A DNA stretch of 64,000 nucleotides from a virus. The translations under genes and the position numbers were made by a program. Shown here piece after piece: positions 56,983 through 64,000 of this stretch. The stretch's first letter is position 1; each line of letters begins with the position of its first letter. The stretch spans positions 1 to 64,000 of IMG/VR virus record IMGVR_UViG_3300031576_000005. One strand, 5' to 3'. The notes beneath the pieces were generated by a model that saw only the letters and a program-made list of their open reading frames with translations, was not told the origin of the DNA and did not search any database.

Positions 56983-58533
56983 ATGAGTTCACAGGGGCTA
57001 CAATACATATTTAATAAGTTTGGCGGGGATTTAAACACCCTTCCAGTTCTTTATGATTTTTCCGTTTCTGGTAATTACGTCAACAATGTATCACAACAAG
57101 GTACAGGAAATCATCTTGGAATAATCAGTGGGTCTCAATCTCAATTCTGGGCAACTTCTGGCTCTGGCACTTTTTCTAATCACGTAGTCACAATTTCTGG
57201 AACTAGTGGATTAGTATTAAATGATTTCGCGGTTTTCTTGTGGGGCAATCGACAAAACAATGCAAGAGATAATGTTCTTTTCTCTTCAATAGAGGATTAT
57301 ATTTCGGGAATCGCTAGCGGCGGCCATGTTTTCATTAACCCCGCTAATAAATTAGTATTTCTATTCAAAACCTGCGTGGGAACGCAAAGTTATATCTCTG
57401 ATTTTAATGTAATTTCAGATTTTGCCGTTGGTGTTTCAAAAAGCAATAGCGTTTTAAATCTATATCAATATGATTATTACAACCAATCAATTGCCACTAA
57501 TAGTTTTACAATAAATAGATTCGCCGACTATTTTCCTATTAATCATTTTTCTATTGGATATGGGCCAAGTGGCGCAAACTTGATTAATAACCAATTTTAT
57601 AGCGGGTCTTTAAATACATTTTTATTAGTTTCGGGTGGAGTGAATAGCAATAATGCTCAATTAATCTTTTCTGGTCGATATGTTGAGACTCAAACCACAT
57701 CCCCCGCCACTATCTCTGGGAACGAATGTACGGGGCTTGTAACGCTTGGGGGTAGTACGACAGTGGTTAATCAATCCGTCATTCCCAGTGGAATGTTCTT
57801 TAAACAAGGTATCCTAATCTTTTCACAACCTCTTATTGCGACAGATTTAGTTCTTTTAGACTGTGCAACGACGGGGCAAAACCTTTTTAATCAAAAAACG
57901 CTAACAAATCCTGGTAATAGCTACAGTTTGGGTACATCCGTTTCTGCTAATATCGGTCTCTATCTTAATGGACAGAGGTTAATCAGTGGGGCAAGTAGCG
58001 TGACTGGGTCATTTTGTACCACTGGGACATTATTTCCCAAAGACTACGATATTGCAAATAAAATCAGTATTATTGGAATAAATAACTTAATTGCAACAGA
58101 TGTGTTGAAATATGATGTACAAAATGCTAATATACTGTTACAGACAGTATTAAGCAGCGGAACAGGGACATTTGCCGTTAGTAGTGCCTCTGGGATAGGA
58201 TACTATGTAAATGGAATAAGGAATTTAAACTTTGACCAAGTAGGGACTGGAATAACGCCACAAAGTAATTTAAACAATGGTGATGTTATACTAGTTGATT
58301 ATTTTAATAATGGATATATAAAAAACAATGTTATAGCAAGTACCAACCCCTATTTGGTTAGCGGGGGTTTCGTTGCAAATACTTCAATGGTTTATTTAAA
58401 TGGACAAAGGTTGTCTCTAAATGTAGATTATATAGAAATAAATTCTGGCGAATTCCCAGCTTTTACCTTTAAACCGATTTCATCAACTGCAATTTTTGAT
58501 GCATCAAACATAAATAATACTTGGAATATTTAG
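56983..58533 (+). CDS. Virion protein with LamG/concanavalin-like N-half and YLNGQRL repeats
   Basis: Y.NG.R repeats; S/T-G rich. Confidence 0.6.
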   Translation: MSSQGLQYIFNKFGGDLNTLPVLYDFSVSGNYVNNVSQQGTGNHLGIISGSQSQFWATSGSGTFSNHVVTISGTSGLVLNDFAVFLWGNRQNNARDNVLFSSIEDYISGIASGGHVFINPANKLVFLFKTCVGTQSYISDFNVISDFAVGVSKSNSVLNLYQYDYYNQSIATNSFTINRFADYFPINHFSIGYGPSGANLINNQFYSGSLNTFLLVSGGVNSNNAQLIFSGRYVETQTTSPATISGNECTGLVTLGGSTTVVNQSVIPSGMFFKQGILIFSQPLIATDLVLLDCATTGQNLFNQKTLTNPGNSYSLGTSVSANIGLYLNGQRLISGASSVTGSFCTTGTLFPKDYDIANKISIIGINNLIATDVLKYDVQNANILLQTVLSSGTGTFAVSSASGIGYYVNGIRNLNFDQVGTGITPQSNLNNGDVILVDYFNNGYIKNNVIASTNPYLVSGGFVANTSMVYLNGQRLSLNVDYIEINSGEFPAFTFKPISSTAIFDASNINNTWNI

Positions 58534-58537
58534 ATTT

Positions 58538-60607
58538 ATGAGTATAATTAAGGCTGGTAAAATATTAATTAATGGTTCGACCAACGTATTTGGTGGATTT
58601 GTTTATTCCGCGAGTTTTAACCATGAATATGGCCAAAGCCCATCTACTTTGAATTTGTCTGTAATTTCAAAAAGTAAAGAATATATTCCCGTTCAACTAT
58701 CCGCCACAATCCCCTACTCCATTAAAATCGGCGACGAAATAACGCTAAAGATGTATGCTACGGACTGGAGCATCAGCGATGGAACAGATGGTAGAACTCT
58801 TAGTATTGTTTTTGTTGATGGTCGGATTAAGATGAATAGAATTTGGGTGGCTCTGGTTGACTTTCCATGTGGAAGAAGTACTCTTGTAAGTCCTTCTTCT
58901 AGATTTGAAGGATTATCAAATCCAAGTATTGCCGATAATCCCAATATTATATTGCTTGGTGGTAAATTTAATCCATCCGCCGAACAGATTAATCAGTTTA
59001 CTGGTGTTAAAGAAGGCACTTCTCCAACGTTAACAAGCCCTACTAATCCATCTAATGGTGAACAGTTATTTTTATCTTATTCTTATGATGCTCTTCGTGA
59101 GAAATCTCCAATTACATTGCCGGTTATTCCAAATTCTACAAATATTTTTAGATTGAATACGGAAGCAACACTTTCAGAAGTATTCAGCCAATTTTGTGTG
59201 GCTTATGGTTTTACATGGTATTGGGATTATGATACCGATACACCATTATTACTAGATTTAAGAACACAAATAGATTTAGACGCTAACCTTTCAAATCAAT
59301 TAAGAGATATTCATTGTTTGAAATCTATATCTTTTGGAGAAAGCATTAAAGACCTAGAAACTCAAGGGGTTGTATTCTATAATGATACAAGTGTAGCCGT
59401 AGAAGAAACACAAATACCACAAAAGGTAATTTTTCCAGTTAAAAATTTTCTTACAGCGGGGGATTTCTTAACCTTTCCGTTAATTAGTAAATCTACGGTT
59501 GCTGGTGTAACAGTAGACCATATAGAAGCGGCTATTATGGCTACATGGGGAGAAGCTATTTACGAATCATATATTTTTGATAAATATTCCGGGGAAGATA
59601 TTAAAGCTGCAATTGAAATTTACGGATATAATATAATATCTAATCAGACCTTTGTTCAGATGAATAGCGCACAACAAGCAGCCGTTAAAACCAAATCAGA
59701 AAAAGATGTCTTTTTAAATGATGTAAGACTTATCCGTGTTCATCCTATTAATCAACAAAATTCTTTAAAAGACGCTCATTTTAGGATGGCGGATATTATA
59801 AAATCAAAACAAATTGGATTTTTATTCGCCCCATATAAAATAGAAGTAGAAGGAATCGACGTAAGTTTTATTAATCCAGATTTTGCAATAGATGAAACTC
59901 CTGGTGTTAGTGCTTTTTTAGAGGGTGGCAAAGCGGCTGATAGTTTTGGTTTAACTAAATTTGATGGGACGCGCAATTCTACGAGAATAAAAAGTCGAAC
60001 ATCATTATTTCTTCATATCGTAACATTTCCAAATTTAAAATTTACATTTGATGCTTTTGATAGCGCAAGCCCCCAAAGTTCTAGTCCGACTTTCAAACAA
60101 CAAAGAGATTGGCTAAGCAACGGACATGAATTTGACCCAGGCGGAGACCCAACCGATAGATTTTTTATGATTTATGGACAACCAAATACCCCGCCCGTTC
60201 CAAGGGTACAAGGCTTAATTGGATATGTAGCTGCTAATCCTCCAGATATTCAATCTAGTCCCTCCACAATAGCAGATAGCTATTCTTCAAAATATAAAAA
60301 ATCAATTTGCAATATTCCCGTGGTGAATGATTTATCTACAAGTTTTAGGATTTTGAGTTTAAGTAATGATGGTATATTATCCCCCGTTTCTGCCGTTGTA
60401 AATTCTGCCGTATCTCCAACAGTTCCATTTCGGACATTTTCTGTAGAAATTTATGGTCTCAACACCGGTCTAAATCTTACCCCACAAAAGGGGTTAGATA
60501 GTTTTAAAGTTGTAATGGGGGATGGTGGATATGAATCTTCGTATACGCTATCTTCTAAAAAAAGAATTCCATTAGATAATCGTATAGTAAAACAATTATT
60601 TATTTAA
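58538..60607 (+). CDS. Baseplate hub / Tal-like protein
   Basis: TLSEVFSQFC..YGFTWYWD pattern; position. Confidence 0.55.
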   Translation: MSIIKAGKILINGSTNVFGGFVYSASFNHEYGQSPSTLNLSVISKSKEYIPVQLSATIPYSIKIGDEITLKMYATDWSISDGTDGRTLSIVFVDGRIKMNRIWVALVDFPCGRSTLVSPSSRFEGLSNPSIADNPNIILLGGKFNPSAEQINQFTGVKEGTSPTLTSPTNPSNGEQLFLSYSYDALREKSPITLPVIPNSTNIFRLNTEATLSEVFSQFCVAYGFTWYWDYDTDTPLLLDLRTQIDLDANLSNQLRDIHCLKSISFGESIKDLETQGVVFYNDTSVAVEETQIPQKVIFPVKNFLTAGDFLTFPLISKSTVAGVTVDHIEAAIMATWGEAIYESYIFDKYSGEDIKAAIEIYGYNIISNQTFVQMNSAQQAAVKTKSEKDVFLNDVRLIRVHPINQQNSLKDAHFRMADIIKSKQIGFLFAPYKIEVEGIDVSFINPDFAIDETPGVSAFLEGGKAADSFGLTKFDGTRNSTRIKSRTSLFLHIVTFPNLKFTFDAFDSASPQSSSPTFKQQRDWLSNGHEFDPGGDPTDRFFMIYGQPNTPPVPRVQGLIGYVAANPPDIQSSPSTIADSYSSKYKKSICNIPVVNDLSTSFRILSLSNDGILSPVSAVVNSAVSPTVPFRTFSVEIYGLNTGLNLTPQKGLDSFKVVMGDGGYESSYTLSSKKRIPLDNRIVKQLFI

Positions 60608-60608
60608 T

Positions 60609-61058
60609 ATGCCACTATCCTCATCACCCACTCCTTTATCAAACACTATATCTCTTGGTGGAACGGGGGGGAATCCTTCTTTTAAAGTATCTAACTATAA
60701 TAAAACAACGACAGAAGCTACTATATTATATGGGACTTTAAATATAAACAGTCAATTTGTTGCTTCTAGTAAAACGATTGGTGCAGAATCTAAAATTTTT
60801 GCAGCATTAGGTAGCTTTATATATTTACAGATTAATAAAATTTTCAGTAGAACGGAAACGCCGACTATAGAATTTTTTAATTCTTTTGATTCTCCAGACC
60901 AACAGACAAAGGCTGATGGAACACCAACTGGAAAAAAAATTGAAGTTCCCGCGGCTCCATTTCCAAGTATTATCTGCCTCGCTTTTATTGACAATGACGG
61001 CAAAATATTTGACTTGAGGCCAGCCTGGGTTATTAATGTATTTTCATTTTTAGGATAA
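60609..61058 (+). CDS. Hypothetical tail protein
   Basis: ORF coupled in late operon. Confidence 0.6.
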   Translation: MPLSSSPTPLSNTISLGGTGGNPSFKVSNYNKTTTEATILYGTLNINSQFVASSKTIGAESKIFAALGSFIYLQINKIFSRTETPTIEFFNSFDSPDQQTKADGTPTGKKIEVPAAPFPSIICLAFIDNDGKIFDLRPAWVINVFSFLG

Positions 61059-61074
61059 TGCAATTTAAAATAAT

Positions 61075-63810
61075 ATGATAGCTATAGGTACTAACACATC
61101 ATTAAATAGATATATTCCTGTTCAAAGTGGGAATTACAGTGTTAGCACGCAATTCAATGTAAATAATACAAATACTAAATTTGATATCTTATTGTCTGGA
61201 CGCGGAAAAATCAGTCTTGGCCTCGGCTTTGAAAGTGGTAATATTTACTCCTCTGGAAATAATAAAGTATATTTTGACGGCATCTCAAGTAATACCAATT
61301 CTAACGTTGTTTCGTTAATTGTCAGTTCCACCGGTTTTGATGTTTATGTGAATAGTTCTCCCGTTTTAGTTTCTCAAGCGAAATCTACGGGTAATCTAGA
61401 AAAAATATTTTTTATAGGAAATTCCGGAACTTTTACGGGAACATGTGCTACCACAATATTTGGAAATCCTCCAAATGTTATTATTGCAGATGTGCTACAG
61501 AATTTTGTTTTACCTAGACAATCTCTTATTAATACTGGGCTTACTTTAATTAATACATCAAATGTGGATTCTAGAATTTTAGCCGCCACAATATATAGTT
61601 TGCAAAGTGGCAGTATAATTCAATCGCTTCTACCAGTTCTAATAAAAGGCGGAGAACAAAAAGTAGTTCCCTTTTCTGGTCAATATTTAATATCGGGGAC
61701 GCAACAACCACTTTTGCTAAGTTATTCTACAGATTTTGATGTTGATTTTATTAACTCAACAATTATTCCTACAGAGTTCTCTGGTAAAGGAATTAGGGTT
61801 ACACAACAAACGGCGGCAACTTCTTTAAATTCTAGCGGCGAAGGAACTGTTCTAGTTGAAAATACTGGAACTGTATCTTCTCCTATAACTCCAGTTATAT
61901 TATCCAGCGGTATTTTAATTGGATTTTCGGGATATAACCTTAGAGCTTTCAGAAATATCATTGGTGGTTCGGGAATTGCTTCTGATATTGTAACTGGGGA
62001 TTTCAATACAAAAAAATTCTTTAATCTTCAAACAACTTATCCATTCTTTTTTTCTGATAGACTTACGTCTTCTAAGAGCGATTTTTATTTAGTTCAGAAT
62101 AATATATCTAGTGTCCCAACTTTTGGTATTAGTGGCTCTGGTGCTCACGATGCTTTTAGCACAATTATTAATCCTAATCACGCGGGGCGAGCTTTAGGAT
62201 TTTTTAAATCTACGGCATTGGGACATTCATTTAAAGCTCCTTATGATTTTATAACGACCTATGTTAAACTTCCGTTGCGAGGACAAGGCGACCATTTTTA
62301 TCAGGAATCTGGCAGTCATATTTTTTGGCAGAAGCATCTTAATTTTAGCCCCGCCGATAGAGTCGGAGTTTACATTATAAGTGGCACCGGAATTAATACA
62401 TCCGGAGCACTAGCCAATGGTTGGATAAATTGTTCTGGTAATATTCGTAATTTTGGCTTTTGGAGTCATGCAAGGCAAGCAAATAATCAGGGTAATTTTT
62501 CTAGTACATTTGCAACTGGTTTTGATATACAGCATTTTGAGCTTGATAAGCCAGTTCTTTTTCAGTCGGGAATTAGCTATACAATTTTATTAAGTGGTAG
62601 CGGCACCTGGATGAATCAGGAGGTAAGTGGCCAGCGATATATTACGTGGCAAGGACTATATAGCCATCCGAATGTTGGTTATTACCTAAATGTACCGATA
62701 GGACCATTTCATTCTGGTAATGGAACGGGGTTTTGTGTTTCTAATACTATCCACGCTCCTTATTATAGGGGAATGGGATATCAAACATATCAACCCAACT
62801 CAGCGGCAGAAGCACCGATTGGTGATGATAATTTTGGTGGAACCGCGCCGATAACTGGCGTTCTATATTCGGGAATAATGAATGTACAACGATTTCGCGT
62901 TGCAGAAGATTTTATGCCAAATCAAGTAAGTCTAAATTTTGTGGCAGACGACACGACTGGGACATACGGAGGACAGCTTTATTCTTTTAGGGGTTATGAT
63001 GCTAGATTAGTCACTTTTATATGTACTTCCTCTGGAACTCACGATGATTTTCCTGATTTTACCGCGATTATTTGTAGTGGAAGCAGAGCACATAGCGGAT
63101 TTTATCAACACGATATTACGACAAATGTAAATAGAAATGTTTCTTGGGTACAAGAAAGAATGTTTGAGCTTAATAAAACAGCTCTTCTATCTGGTAATAA
63201 AAATTATTGGTTGGTTTTGAGTGGATTGAATTATCCCACGATTAAAGATTCTGGTGTTCAGGCCGATTACATTCCGGTGGTAAGATTTAGTCATAATTTT
63301 GTAGAGCCAGATGTTTATTACGGATTTAATCTTATTAGTGGCAAAAAACTTATTGCGCTTCGTGATGCTGGAATTTTTTATAGCGGAAACCCAAGTTTAT
63401 CTTCGGGAAATTTATTCAGTACACAGCGATTAACTTTTGATAATTGGATTCAACACAGAATATTTGGTGATGCGGTAAGCGCTTCTGGAATAAGACGCCA
63501 AGAATACGAACTTCCAATGACTATGTGCTTTGAATTTGGAATTAATACGATAAAATATAAGATATGGGACACAAATCCCGTTTCTGGTGTAATTAACGAA
63601 TTTCTTCCAGGGCTTGGATATCAATATAATAAATATCAAACAAGTCAACTTTTCACTATACAGGAAGATTTACCAATCGACCTTCCGGCTGGCGAAGGGG
63701 TGGTTCTAAATCTTACTTATAATGGATTACAGGGATATTTAGATTATGGATTACTTTCTATTCCAGAATTTAACTTTACTGGCTTTGTTTCTGGTTTTAC
63801 ATCTGTCTAA
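61075..63810 (+). CDS. Large tail/receptor-binding virion protein (S/T-G rich)
   Basis: Beta-rich; two related domains (FEL.K..L.SG..Y...LSG). Confidence 0.65.
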   Translation: MIAIGTNTSLNRYIPVQSGNYSVSTQFNVNNTNTKFDILLSGRGKISLGLGFESGNIYSSGNNKVYFDGISSNTNSNVVSLIVSSTGFDVYVNSSPVLVSQAKSTGNLEKIFFIGNSGTFTGTCATTIFGNPPNVIIADVLQNFVLPRQSLINTGLTLINTSNVDSRILAATIYSLQSGSIIQSLLPVLIKGGEQKVVPFSGQYLISGTQQPLLLSYSTDFDVDFINSTIIPTEFSGKGIRVTQQTAATSLNSSGEGTVLVENTGTVSSPITPVILSSGILIGFSGYNLRAFRNIIGGSGIASDIVTGDFNTKKFFNLQTTYPFFFSDRLTSSKSDFYLVQNNISSVPTFGISGSGAHDAFSTIINPNHAGRALGFFKSTALGHSFKAPYDFITTYVKLPLRGQGDHFYQESGSHIFWQKHLNFSPADRVGVYIISGTGINTSGALANGWINCSGNIRNFGFWSHARQANNQGNFSSTFATGFDIQHFELDKPVLFQSGISYTILLSGSGTWMNQEVSGQRYITWQGLYSHPNVGYYLNVPIGPFHSGNGTGFCVSNTIHAPYYRGMGYQTYQPNSAAEAPIGDDNFGGTAPITGVLYSGIMNVQRFRVAEDFMPNQVSLNFVADDTTGTYGGQLYSFRGYDARLVTFICTSSGTHDDFPDFTAIICSGSRAHSGFYQHDITTNVNRNVSWVQERMFELNKTALLSGNKNYWLVLSGLNYPTIKDSGVQADYIPVVRFSHNFVEPDVYYGFNLISGKKLIALRDAGIFYSGNPSLSSGNLFSTQRLTFDNWIQHRIFGDAVSASGIRRQEYELPMTMCFEFGINTIKYKIWDTNPVSGVINEFLPGLGYQYNKYQTSQLFTIQEDLPIDLPAGEGVVLNLTYNGLQGYLDYGLLSIPEFNFTGFVSGFTSV

Positions 63811-63813
63811 TTT

Positions 63814-64000
63814 ATGGGACTACCAATAGGCTCTTCCGGATATATTTTAGCACAAAGTAGATTATCTGATTTTCAGGCAAATGTTGGTTCTGAAACCGAT
63901 AGCGAATTTCGAAATTACGACCTTTATTTTCTTTCTGGCATTATAGAAGGATTAAACGAAAGACGAAGTTTCATAAAAAATGCCGGTGTTGTAACTCGTT
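63814..64000 (+). CDS. Tail-module protein, truncated by window end
   Basis: MGLPIGSSGYILAQSRL... open to end of window. Confidence 0.55.
   Translation, partial: MGLPIGSSGYILAQSRLSDFQANVGSETDSEFRNYDLYFLSGIIEGLNERRSFIKNAGVVTR

Noticed and set aside
23277-63648. Numerous 60-170 aa antisense or alternate-frame ORFs in the track (e.g. 23772, 29109, 39672, 50028, 61722)
   Set aside because: They are shadows of long sense genes, with no start signals or recognisable motifs.

Overview
A 64 kb AT-rich segment of a large tailed dsDNA phage genome. No sheath gene is seen, so it is probably a long non-contractile-tailed virus. 1-13.3 kb is a leftward block of small, mostly hypothetical early genes (RadC/JAB, DUF3820-like, an endoVII-like HNH, a small lipoprotein), plus a perfect parS palindrome and two tRNA-like elements. 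13.3-14.0 kb is a non-coding divergence region with a perfect sigma70 promoter and hairpins. From 16.4 kb a rightward late module runs: phage sigma factor, ERCC4 nuclease, large terminase, repeat-rich fibre, portal, adhesin-like fibres, sulfotransferase, protease/scaffold, decoration, major capsid, neck, tail tube, chaperones, 2021-aa tape measure and tail-tip proteins. It is interrupted by six paralogous Zn-ribbon/NUMOD3/HNH endonucleases. Best candidate for a new system (inference): a virion-surface modification system. Exposed structural proteins are heavily enriched in Ser-Gly/Thr-Gly dipeptides, a sulfotransferase sits among the fibre genes, and a late-promoter FkbM-type methyltransferase is switched off by an (AG)9 microsatellite. 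Also seen: a 12-copy putative late promoter (AGTGTAA-N8-purine), leaderless transcription, and apparent complete GATC avoidance. All product calls come from motif recognition and gene order; no database search was run.
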